A stretch of DNA of 64,000 nt from positions 31,669 through 95,668 of the IMG/VR virus record IMGVR_UViG_3300022591_000004, one strand, 5' to 3'. Made by a program: the position numbers and the translations under genes. Below the pieces are notes generated by a model, which searched no databases, was not told the origin of the DNA, and worked only from the letters and a program-made list of their open reading frames with translations. Position 1 is the stretch's first letter. Each line of letters begins with the position of its first letter. Shown here in pieces: positions 27,451-36,014 of this stretch. Source of the DNA: a virus.

Positions 27451-28103
27451 ACTTTTTTATACATGGCTTTTCCTGACCGTGTTTTTGCCGCCAGTAGCGC
27501 TGTTTTTTCAGTGCTTGTCCAGTCTTGGGCATACGTCCAGCTATCACGTTTAATAGGTATTATTTGCGCGTACGGAGTTCCTGCAGGGATTACTCCTTCA
27601 AAACCAGATTTAATAAAAAATGGGATATTTCCCCAAGCGGGGTATACATCAGAGTCCACAATTGCAGACATGGTGGTAAAGGGGAGCTCAAAGCGATTTA
27701 GGGGATGAGTAACCAAACTGCTAAATCCTTTTGGTGTTTTCCATCCCCATTGACTTGGCCAAATTAAATGGTTGTCCTCATGCCCAGCAGGACGAGGAAT
27801 AGTGGTTCCTGTCTGCCCTTTACGCTCACCCACTAAAGGTTCTTTTGATTCCCATTCAAGTTTTAAGTTGCCTTCAGAATCCCGTGAAACAAAAATATCT
27901 TCAGGAGTTACTAGCGCATAACCAGAAATAAGGCCGTCTAAAAATGGAGCACATGTTTTTAGCCCAGGTACTTCTTCCCCGTGAGGGGTCTTGTAATAAC
28001 GTTCTGCACGGGTATACCATTCAGGAATAAGTCCCTTTATTGGTACAGGCCGTTTCCAACTTTTATCCACATTATGACTAGGTATGAACTTTACAAGCTT
28101 CAT
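27423..28103 (-). CDS. Hypothetical protein (DUF6065-like beta protein)
   Basis: PEWY, KTCAPFLD, TPKGFS.L.THP.NR, IPAGTPYAQIIP; function unknown. Confidence 0.6.
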   Translation of the reverse strand: MKLVKFIPSHNVDKSWKRPVPIKGLIPEWYTRAERYYKTPHGEEVPGLKTCAPFLDGLISGYALVTPEDIFVSRDSEGNLKLEWESKEPLVGERKGQTGTTIPRPAGHEDNHLIWPSQWGWKTPKGFSSLVTHPLNRFELPFTTMSAIVDSDVYPAWGNIPFFIKSGFEGVIPAGTPYAQIIPIKRDSWTYAQDWTSTEKTALLAAKTRSGKAMYKKVWRKIKDYS

Positions 28104-28119
28104 GTATGCTCCTTATTAT

Positions 28120-29874
28120 TTAACCCGTTACTTGTGCCGTAAAGCTTCCTATAGTGTTTCCTTGGTTTTGCGGTGATTGGACAAGAATAATACCATGCAG
28201 GTTACCCGAAGGGGTAACGGAGGATGTTGTTGCAGAGCCTACTGATGTGGCAAGCGTGTTGTCGCTATACGCGGTTGCCGTAACCGTATTTCCACTTACT
28301 ACGACTTTTAAAGCAGTAGAAATAGCTGTAAGGGCGGACGAAACTACTGTAGTGACCGTTCCTGCTACAGATTGGTACAAGTTAATCGCGTAGGAAGTTA
28401 CTGCCTTTGAATCAGGCGCTGGATTAGCGTAGGCAGTATACGCGTAGTAGTAGTAGCTTGTAAACGCGCTATTGTATACATAGTATGTATAAGGGGAATA
28501 GTACGAGTACGTGTAGTAATAGTGAGGGGGAGTGTATCCTACGCCATGTATCCAAGCTGTACCGTTGTACGGTCCAGATGTTCCTGCTGGGTGATACGAT
28601 GAGCCTGTTCCTGTAGCCGAGTAAGAGTAGGTATATGCGTAAGTGTATGTATCGTTTTCTACGCTAACAGCGGCCCACCAGTTGTTGGTGTCCTGAACCA
28701 TAAAAGCAATACCAGTACCTAAAGAAGCATTTAGTGAGGTTACTGTAACAAGGGGGCTTTGTAGGTCAACAGCCGCTATGGATGCGCTTGTTGAGCTAAC
28801 AGTATCGTCTGATTCCGCTAATCCACTTTTAGCGTACCAAACTCCTTTAATGGCTTGCCATAAAGTTCCCGATGTAGTTGTGCCCAAAGAACCAGAAGTA
28901 GTGCGATTAAAATCGTCCGTAACAATAGGAATAGGCGCCACCGAGTTAGATGCGGAAGAAGGCAAAGAAGAACCATTTGCATTAACAACAGTAACAGTAA
29001 ACGTGTAAAAAATACTGGGCAAAAAGTTTCCAGTAACTGTGAGTGGGCTAGAGGAGCCCGATACAGTAAGGGGAATACTAGGAGAGCTTGTTACCGTGTA
29101 AGAGGTTATTGACGAACCTCCAGTAGCCCCTGGTGTAAAAGGAATAGAAACTGTCGTAGAGTTTGTAACAGATACAGTGCCAATAACTGGGGCATCAGGA
29201 ACTGTTTTTATTGTTACAGAGGATGATGCGGAAGAGGCGTTTGATATTCCGTTGTCGTTTGTAGCCGTTACTGTAAAGGTATAAGAAGTATTTGAGTTTA
29301 GCCCTGTAACCGTAACAGGGGAGTTTCCCGTTGCAGTAACGCCGCCAGGACTAGATGTTACCGTGTACTGTGTTATTGCTTTTCCACCAGAAGCAGGAGA
29401 GGTAAAAGAAACTGTAGCCCGTCCATTATTAAATCCAGAGCCTGAGTTTACTGCGATAGCAGAGGTTATTGTTGGAGAGTCAGGCACAGATGTAGGGGTT
29501 ACAGATGTAGTTGTAAAAGGCGATGATGAGCCTGCTCCACTTGTACCCCGAACGGAAAATGTGTAGGAAGTACCTGGAGTAAGTCCAGTAGCGATAAGTG
29601 GGTTTTGCGAACTACTTGATGTAACACTGTCTGGGGTAGAGGTAGCCGTAAGCCCTGTAGCTGTTCCTCCAGTAGAAGCAACAGTAATCGGGATAGATAC
29701 TGCCGCGCTATTAAAAGGTCTATTTGTACCAATATCCGTAGGAGTTCCTACCGATAATAAATCAGGAACATCAGGTATCTTTACTGAAGGACGACTTATC
29801 TGGCCCTTTTGATACTGCTTATCTGAAGACGTTCTAGCAGAGGCAGACTCTTCGCTGACGTGTCTAGGACCCAT
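28120..29874 (-). CDS. FN3-repeat fibre/receptor-binding protein with Tyr-rich loop
   Basis: Three FN3 repeats (TGL...YTFTV.A.N..G.S) followed by a beta-sandwich (DDFNR...GVW) carrying a Tyr-rich insertion. Confidence 0.8.
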   Translation of the reverse strand: MGPRHVSEESASARTSSDKQYQKGQISRPSVKIPDVPDLLSVGTPTDIGTNRPFNSAAVSIPITVASTGGTATGLTATSTPDSVTSSSSQNPLIATGLTPGTSYTFSVRGTSGAGSSSPFTTTSVTPTSVPDSPTITSAIAVNSGSGFNNGRATVSFTSPASGGKAITQYTVTSSPGGVTATGNSPVTVTGLNSNTSYTFTVTATNDNGISNASSASSSVTIKTVPDAPVIGTVSVTNSTTVSIPFTPGATGGSSITSYTVTSSPSIPLTVSGSSSPLTVTGNFLPSIFYTFTVTVVNANGSSLPSSASNSVAPIPIVTDDFNRTTSGSLGTTTSGTLWQAIKGVWYAKSGLAESDDTVSSTSASIAAVDLQSPLVTVTSLNASLGTGIAFMVQDTNNWWAAVSVENDTYTYAYTYSYSATGTGSSYHPAGTSGPYNGTAWIHGVGYTPPHYYYTYSYYSPYTYYVYNSAFTSYYYYAYTAYANPAPDSKAVTSYAINLYQSVAGTVTTVVSSALTAISTALKVVVSGNTVTATAYSDNTLATSVGSATTSSVTPSGNLHGIILVQSPQNQGNTIGSFTAQVTG

Positions 29875-29883
29875 GTGAACCCC

Positions 29884-30225
29884 TTAAGCGCTGATGTCGC
29901 CGTATAGTACCCAAGCATCTGTAGAGACTTGAATAAGCTCTGCTCGAGAGTATTGGGCGCGAGTTTTTAATCCAGGTGTTCCGTTGATAGTAACTCCAGA
30001 AGCACCAGCAAAAGTTACTTGTCCAGCACCGTACTGAATAACAGATACTTTGCTACCGACAGGGATTCCTGCCACAGAGTACAAGGGAACGGTAATAGTG
30101 TTTGAGCTGCTGCTCGTCGCCAAGATAACCTTAGAAGCATCTGTTGACGCTAAGGTGTATGAGGAAGATTGCGAGTTAATCGCGCTTGGTTGCCCGATGA
30201 GTCCGCTAACGTTGGAGACAGACAT
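29884..30225 (-). CDS. Fibre connector protein
   Basis: SYTLASTDA..ITVP..QYGAGQVTF..RAQYS..WVLYGD tail-fibre C-terminal type domain. Confidence 0.65.
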   Translation of the reverse strand: MSVSNVSGLIGQPSAINSQSSSYTLASTDASKVILATSSSSNTITVPLYSVAGIPVGSKVSVIQYGAGQVTFAGASGVTINGTPGLKTRAQYSRAELIQVSTDAWVLYGDISA

Positions 30226-30560
30226 TAAGAGAGCTCACTTCCAAAGGCGCTAAATGACATGGTTGCACTAGAGCCGTATACCTGAATTTTATCGCCAGAA
30301 GCTAGAGTCAAACCAAGAGTCAGAACTGTAGAGTCAGAACCAGCAACAGTTGCGCCGTAGATAATCCAGTGTTTAGCGGCAGTAGAGCTGTCTGCTGACG
30401 GACGGACGGCAATGCGGTAGGTAGCTGGGGTTGAAGCTTGGTTACAGATGGTGACTGTAGAAACAATCGCCTGAGCACCTGCGGTGTAAAGGGTGCCTTC
30501 TGTAGTTGCCCCAAGGGTAGCTGTTGCTACTTGACCCAAGACCTTATATGTGGTTGCCAT
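30225..30560 (-). CDS. Fibre adaptor protein (MATTYKVLGQ type)
   Basis: Small beta-sandwich, YKVLGQ..LYT..VSTVTICN..LTLGLTL..SFSAFGSE. Confidence 0.65.
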   Translation of the reverse strand: MATTYKVLGQVATATLGATTEGTLYTAGAQAIVSTVTICNQASTPATYRIAVRPSADSSTAAKHWIIYGATVAGSDSTVLTLGLTLASGDKIQVYGSSATMSFSAFGSELS

Positions 30561-30616
30561 TGATACTCCTTAAATGCGGTAGTTAATTATCTCCATATGG
30601 CGCCTTTTTTGTGCGC

Positions 30617-31180
30617 TTAACTAATCTTGCTGAGGTTGTTTTCTACCGCTGTCTTATACATAGGGGCAAGGTCTTTTTCTAAAAGGTCATTAAAGAGCTG
30701 GATAGACTCGTCCTTGCGCCCAACCCACCATGCGGCAACGGCCTTTTGAAAAGTCAAAACGTACGGGTCTATATACCCTAAGGTGAGGGGTAGAAGGCCA
30801 AGCTCTTGGGTGGAAAAGTACAGGCCAACCTCAGCTGCTGTGTAGGACTCTTGCCACTTTTTATTGCGCTCATAGTATTGCGCCAACACAAACCATGCCT
30901 CTGGACGATTAGGTAGGTAAGCAATTGCTTTGTCTATTAAGTTCTTTACTGTATTGGTGCGATTTTTTTGGCGCTCAAAGCAGTTAGAGGATTCTAATAG
31001 TGCTGCGTAGACAAGCTCTGGGGTTGAATAGTATCCGTACTCAGCAGTGCGTAGGTAAAACGAGACGGCGCTCGCAGTCTGCCCAATCTTTTCGTACTCA
31101 ACTGCAGTCATAAAGCTAAGAGCAGGATTAAATGGGTCGTTGGAAATGTCGACAATTAGTTTGTTAATAGCCTCATACAT
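30617..31180 (-). CDS. TPR-repeat protein
   Basis: Helical repeats AVSFYLR, AIAYLPNRPEAWF.LA.YY; SD GAGGAGG supports a start at 31180. Confidence 0.75.
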   Translation of the reverse strand: MYEAINKLIVDISNDPFNPALSFMTAVEYEKIGQTASAVSFYLRTAEYGYYSTPELVYAALLESSNCFERQKNRTNTVKNLIDKAIAYLPNRPEAWFVLAQYYERNKKWQESYTAAEVGLYFSTQELGLLPLTLGYIDPYVLTFQKAVAAWWVGRKDESIQLFNDLLEKDLAPMYKTAVENNLSKIS

Positions 31181-32171
31181 TGAGTGCCTCCTCGATGAGT
31201 TCATCTACCACTGTAGCTGGCACTTCTAGTACAAAGGCAGCGTTATCAACAAAACCAAAACTAATAATAAGAGAACTGTCATGTACTGCTGCTCCTGCCG
31301 CGAATTCAATTTGACCATCTAAGAATGACCATGACTGTGGGGATACTCCAATTAGGTTAAGCTCAGAATCCCACACACATAAACGATGGCGGTAAGTGCC
31401 ATTTTTTTGCCCCAAGTAATTCTTAAAGAGAACTACCTCATGGGTAATAGCAATATAGTTATCGCCCCACTTGACGAGCTGGCTACCGCCACGTTGGTCA
31501 GCGTTGACTACTTTACCTGGTGTTACCTGTACCTGAGTGCACTTCTCTTCATTAGGGTAAGCCTGAACAACCTCAGTAGGAGAAGTCCACTTGATGTACT
31601 GGTATTCTTTATCAAGAATAGGCATCCAGTTTTTTTCGCAGTAAGACTCTGGATTAACAGGGGCAGGTATGCGAGTGCGCGAAATCTCTTTCGCTGTCCA
31701 TGCATCCTTATCAATCTCTAGCTCAGAAAGCTCCATACGCCCCTGACCATTAGTGGTGGTGTCTCGGCGCACACCAGTTCCGTAATACCTGCCGTCCCAT
31801 TTTACGAGTCGAGCATCTTCTAGACCAACAAATGTCCAGATAGGTTGAACGTCTAACAGGGTAGTGTCGATAAGGGTGTAGTTAATGACGTTGTAGTCTT
31901 TATCCAAACGGCAGAAATAGTTCGCTGTTACTAAGCGTTGGTCTTCTTCTGGATGCAGATAAGAAAGCGGGCCCCAGATGCTAGGAAAGCGCTGGTCGTT
32001 CTCAGCGTGATAAAGGGTGTAGTTGATATGGCGCAAGATACAAAGGATGTCCCCATCATCGTCTATAAAGATAGATGGGTTCATCAGCCCTGTACCCTGA
32101 GTAACCTCAGCGGGGATAATAAGCGGCTTTAATCTACCGCCAGCCTGTACCGATTTTTGCACCAAGTTCAT
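31173..32171 (-). CDS. Five-bladed beta-propeller glycosidase/glycoside phosphorylase-like protein (GH130-like)
   Basis: NPSI, GLEDARL, EKNWMP, RGGS, IEFAAG, SFG..D. Confidence 0.7.
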   Translation of the reverse strand: MNLVQKSVQAGGRLKPLIIPAEVTQGTGLMNPSIFIDDDGDILCILRHINYTLYHAENDQRFPSIWGPLSYLHPEEDQRLVTANYFCRLDKDYNVINYTLIDTTLLDVQPIWTFVGLEDARLVKWDGRYYGTGVRRDTTTNGQGRMELSELEIDKDAWTAKEISRTRIPAPVNPESYCEKNWMPILDKEYQYIKWTSPTEVVQAYPNEEKCTQVQVTPGKVVNADQRGGSQLVKWGDNYIAITHEVVLFKNYLGQKNGTYRHRLCVWDSELNLIGVSPQSWSFLDGQIEFAAGAAVHDSSLIISFGFVDNAAFVLEVPATVVDELIEEALNV

Positions 32172-32187
32172 GGATTAAGTGTAGCGT

Positions 32188-32883
32188 TTATTCCTCAGTA
32201 CGTGTGTTCCACCACATCGTGTAGTAGTCATAATCAAAGTTAAAGCGCTTCATATGCTGAGCGATAGCCCCAGTATGGGCGTGGACAGGAACTCCAACAG
32301 CTTTTAATTTACGAAAAAAGACAATATCTTCGCTGACATATCGGCCCTCAAGACCCTCTTGCTCAGCAAACATTGATTGCTTGGGGTACGCCTCACGAAG
32401 CTTAGGGACGATAGATTTGTGCATAAGCACCAGTCCCATACCAGCGCAATCTACCTTGATAACTTGGTTTTCAGGAAGGGGATGAACATGCTGGATAGTG
32501 AACTCATCCACGTCATTAAAGATGACAGGCATTGGATTAGCTAGGGCTCCTTCATCGCTCTTAGAGATAAAGTAGATTCCACTAATCACAGGGCGCAAAA
32601 CTTTATGGGCTTCAGCCCAAAGAGTTTTGAGGATGTCAATAGTCAAGACGACATCGCTATCTACCCAAAGTAACCAATCGGTCTGTAGGCTATCTGCCCA
32701 GCCATCAAAGACTACCTGGCGTTGGCGACCAATCTGGTTACCTGCACAACGAGCAAAATTCTTAATATTAATTCCTGCCGCCTGAGCGTCAAGAATCGTA
32801 TAAACAAGGCCTTGAGTAAATTTGCCGTCCGTCATTCCCCCATCACACCAAGCGATGGTCAGAGTGTCCTTATTAGATGCCAT
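32188..32883 (-). CDS. GT-A (GT2-like) glycosyltransferase
   Basis: WLLWVDSDV DxD motif, GMGLVL, SEDIVF, H.K. Confidence 0.8.
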   Translation of the reverse strand: MASNKDTLTIAWCDGGMTDGKFTQGLVYTILDAQAAGINIKNFARCAGNQIGRQRQVVFDGWADSLQTDWLLWVDSDVVLTIDILKTLWAEAHKVLRPVISGIYFISKSDEGALANPMPVIFNDVDEFTIQHVHPLPENQVIKVDCAGMGLVLMHKSIVPKLREAYPKQSMFAEQEGLEGRYVSEDIVFFRKLKAVGVPVHAHTGAIAQHMKRFNFDYDYYTMWWNTRTEE

Positions 32884-32926
32884 ATAGTAAAGTCCTTTGT
32901 TAAGGCGTTTACTATATCAGAATACG

Positions 32927-34141
32927 TTAGTTAGACTGGACAATCTGCCAGCTAGTACCGTCAGAGATAAGCTTGCACCATTTACCTGCTGTTGCAGAGA
33001 GGATGGCCGTAGTTGCAGAGCCTCCAGCAAGTGGAACGACGTTACTAGATGCGCTAATTATTGCAGCGGCTGCAGTATTTCTAAAGTTTAGCTCTCGTCC
33101 AGAATAGCTTGATGCTGTCGGTAGTGTTACTGTACATGCAGCTGTAAAAGTAACTGTGTAGTCCGAGCCTAGTACAGTGTACGTTGATGTGGATACGGAT
33201 TTGTAGTTTACCCACAAAGAACCCCACATCTTTATGTATGTACCTGTTGCTGCAGCGTTTCCCGTGTTTGCTGCACTTCCAAGAGAAATTGTAGTAAGGT
33301 TTGCAGTTGCACTAGAACCAATATTAATTGTTTTACCCGAATTAGTTCTGGTGCCAATATTTATAGTCCCGTTAAAAGTGGTAGCGGTTGCAACGTTAAT
33401 GGTGGCAGGCAGAGTTTGTGCAATGGTGTATAAATTGGCTGTGCCACCTGCAGTTATGGCCTGCCAACTATCGCTATACGCACCATTAAACTGCGGGGCT
33501 GTGCCATACACTAAAGGGCCGCTTCCAGTTGAAGACTGTGAGTTAAAAGTAGTAATCCAAGAATTTTGCGTATTTTGTGAATTATCAATACACGTTGCTG
33601 TTATTAAAGACGCCAAAGCAGAGCTCGGTGGGTTTCCTGCTCCACCTTGAAACTGTGGGTTGGAGGTAAAGCCAGCAAGTTGCGTTGTTTGGTCTGATAA
33701 CAATACGTTGTATACGTTACCTGCGCTATTGTTCCAAAAAGTAAATGATTGACCTTTTTGCATAGTAGTTGCGTCAGGTAGGTAGTATGTTAAACCAGTT
33801 CCAGCCCCAGTTCCAGTTACTTCTTGCCAGTTTGTACTTGAACTAGTCAGTGTTACTGTTGAGATATTATCTGCGTTAGTTATGGTAACCGCCGTGGATG
33901 AGCCTCCACCACCACCGCTACCTGATGCACCTTGAACTCCTTGGATACCTTGAATTCCTTGAGTACCAGTTCCTGCTGGGCCTTGTGTGCCTGTGGCTCC
34001 TTGAGAGCCAGTAGTTCCTTGAGCACCAGTGGCAGTGCCAACAGATTGCCAGACAGTGCCTGTCCATACCCACGTACGACCACTGTAGGTATACGTGGTG
34101 ACGTTAGGGGTTAATCCTGTGGTTGGGAAGCTAATTGCCAT
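32927..34141 (-). CDS. Fibre protein with short collagen-like segment
   Basis: MAISFP..WVWTGTVW N-terminus, G-X-Q triplets, TVTLP..GREL..SDGTSW C-terminal domain. Confidence 0.75.
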   Translation of the reverse strand: MAISFPTTGLTPNVTTYTYSGRTWVWTGTVWQSVGTATGAQGTTGSQGATGTQGPAGTGTQGIQGIQGVQGASGSGGGGGSSTAVTITNADNISTVTLTSSSTNWQEVTGTGAGTGLTYYLPDATTMQKGQSFTFWNNSAGNVYNVLLSDQTTQLAGFTSNPQFQGGAGNPPSSALASLITATCIDNSQNTQNSWITTFNSQSSTGSGPLVYGTAPQFNGAYSDSWQAITAGGTANLYTIAQTLPATINVATATTFNGTINIGTRTNSGKTINIGSSATANLTTISLGSAANTGNAAATGTYIKMWGSLWVNYKSVSTSTYTVLGSDYTVTFTAACTVTLPTASSYSGRELNFRNTAAAAIISASSNVVPLAGGSATTAILSATAGKWCKLISDGTSWQIVQSN

Positions 34142-34221
34142 AGGTCTATTCTCTCACTATTCTTACTTTTGAGGTGCTATAGAAGGAAATAATAAGCGGC
34201 TTTAATTTCCTTATAGAGTAA

Positions 34222-34476
34222 CTACTGTTTTTCTGGAAGCTTGACGTGTGTTCGACCTGTTATAGCAGCAGCCTCATATGAGGAAAGGTCCTTACCTGAG
34301 CTTTTAACAAGGTCAGACTCTAGCATTTTTTCAAGTGTTAAAATGCTTTCTTTTAAGTTTACGTAAGCCACAGTATATGAAGCGCTTCTTGGAATCCAGT
34401 TGTTGATAGCCGTAACCAAGCTATCCATGTGAGAGAACGCTTTATCCACAGGCGTTGTGGGGGTTGAATCTGCCAT
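34222..34476 (-). CDS. Hypothetical protein
   Basis: 84 aa, SD GGAGG. Confidence 0.6.
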   Translation of the reverse strand: MADSTPTTPVDKAFSHMDSLVTAINNWIPRSASYTVAYVNLKESILTLEKMLESDLVKSSGKDLSSYEAAAITGRTHVKLPEKQ

Positions 34477-34527
34477 GCGTACCTCCAGGCTATTATGGTC
34501 TTAACAGCATCTATGGTACACTGAAAT

Positions 34528-34983
34528 GTGGAAGAGACACTAGGTAAACACTACTGGGCTACGGAGTTTCCCTACCCCTTGGGCCCTTCCGACAGTAACG
34601 CGGAAGTATTTAAAGAAGAACTTCTGGAGGGAAGCACCCTTCTCTTAGGCTGTACAAGGAAATTAATGCCGTTGAGCGATGTTTACCTGGATATTGACCC
34701 TTGGTATGCTGGGCCCAAAGTACGTGTGGGAAACTGGGTGGATAATACGCAGTTTTATACAAATATTATTGGGGACGGGGTGTTTAACTTGACCCAAGAT
34801 TTGTGTGATGGGGTGCTAGATATGGCGAGTAGATGCTCTAATAACTTTGTGGTTCGGTCCTTTAATTACAAACTAGAAACCATGAAAGTAGCCTCATATT
34901 TTCCAAAGCCAAAAGACTTTGATATCCCACCAAGCAAAACAATTTCTTTTGAAAAGTACAGTTTTTATATATGGAAATTTTAG
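34528..34983 (+). CDS. Class I SAM-methyltransferase-like protein (short/degenerate)
   Basis: LLLGCT..L...LDIDP...GNW...IIGDG.FN; leaderless, TGGTACACT 5 nt before the GTG. Confidence 0.5.
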   Translation: MEETLGKHYWATEFPYPLGPSDSNAEVFKEELLEGSTLLLGCTRKLMPLSDVYLDIDPWYAGPKVRVGNWVDNTQFYTNIIGDGVFNLTQDLCDGVLDMASRCSNNFVVRSFNYKLETMKVASYFPKPKDFDIPPSKTISFEKYSFYIWKF

Positions 34984-36014
34984 CTGACGAAACAGTGGTT
35001 CAAGACCTGTTAAAGTTATTGGACTACCTAGATAAAAGCCAGTGGACACATGTTCCTAGTTTTGAACTTATAAAAGGAATACCTGTCATAACCAGGGCAG
35101 AGCTTAGGAATAAACCTATGAAAAAGGGGATTGCTCGCACCACTACATCGGGCTCCACAGGGGAGCCAGTAACCGTAGAAAAGACTTACTCCGACTATAT
35201 TTGGCATTTGGCTACAAATATACGAGAGATTAGATGGCGTAAATGGGACGTTACCAAAACTCTAGCGTCTATAGCGCCGACCAACAAGCTCGGTGAGTTT
35301 AGCTCTTGGGGAATTCCAAAGGCTATAGAGGCTGAACAAGGTCCCTCTTACACTATAGGACTGGAGCCAATATCAGTTCTTCAAAAGTGGCTAGAAGAAA
35401 TTAGTCCTCATTACATTCATACACGTCCAAGTATTTTAAATGCTTTAGACCTAACCAAACTTTCTAATCTTACGGACACTAAGGGTACAGGTGAGCTTGG
35501 AGGGACTATGTACTCCAGTGAAGAGTTTGGCACAATAGCCATTCAATGTCCCGATAACCCTTCAGTTATGCACGTTATGGAGAACCTTATTGTCGAAACA
35601 GACAAAGATGGTGGGGCTATTATTACTAGCCTTACTAATCCCTATACAAAACGGTATAAACTAGGGGACCACGTTACTTTGGGTGAGTGCACATGTGGAC
35701 GAACTTTACAAACTATTACATCTATAAAAGGTCGAGTCCGTAATATGTTTGTAATGCCTAATGGGGATAAAAAATGGCCCCTTATAGGCTCTCTTGTTTA
35801 CTACGAACAGTTTGGAATTAAACAGTATAAGGCTGTGCAAACTTCTTTATATAATCTAGACTTGTATATTATCTGTAGTCCTTTAGGTGAACGGGAAGAA
35901 GAACTTAAAAAAACAGTCCAAGAATGGCTGGGAGTTAAAATAAATGTAGCTATCAAATACGTTGAGGCATTTGATAGCTACAAATTTGAAGAGTTTATTT
36001 CTTTTATAGAATAG
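34971..36014 (+). CDS. Phenylacetate-CoA ligase/CapK-like adenylate-forming enzyme
   Basis: IPVITRAEL, TTSGSTGEP, YSSEE.G.IA.QC, RYKLGD, CTCGR, IKGR. Confidence 0.85.
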   Translation: MEILADETVVQDLLKLLDYLDKSQWTHVPSFELIKGIPVITRAELRNKPMKKGIARTTTSGSTGEPVTVEKTYSDYIWHLATNIREIRWRKWDVTKTLASIAPTNKLGEFSSWGIPKAIEAEQGPSYTIGLEPISVLQKWLEEISPHYIHTRPSILNALDLTKLSNLTDTKGTGELGGTMYSSEEFGTIAIQCPDNPSVMHVMENLIVETDKDGGAIITSLTNPYTKRYKLGDHVTLGECTCGRTLQTITSIKGRVRNMFVMPNGDKKWPLIGSLVYYEQFGIKQYKAVQTSLYNLDLYIICSPLGEREEELKKTVQEWLGVKINVAIKYVEAFDSYKFEEFISFIE

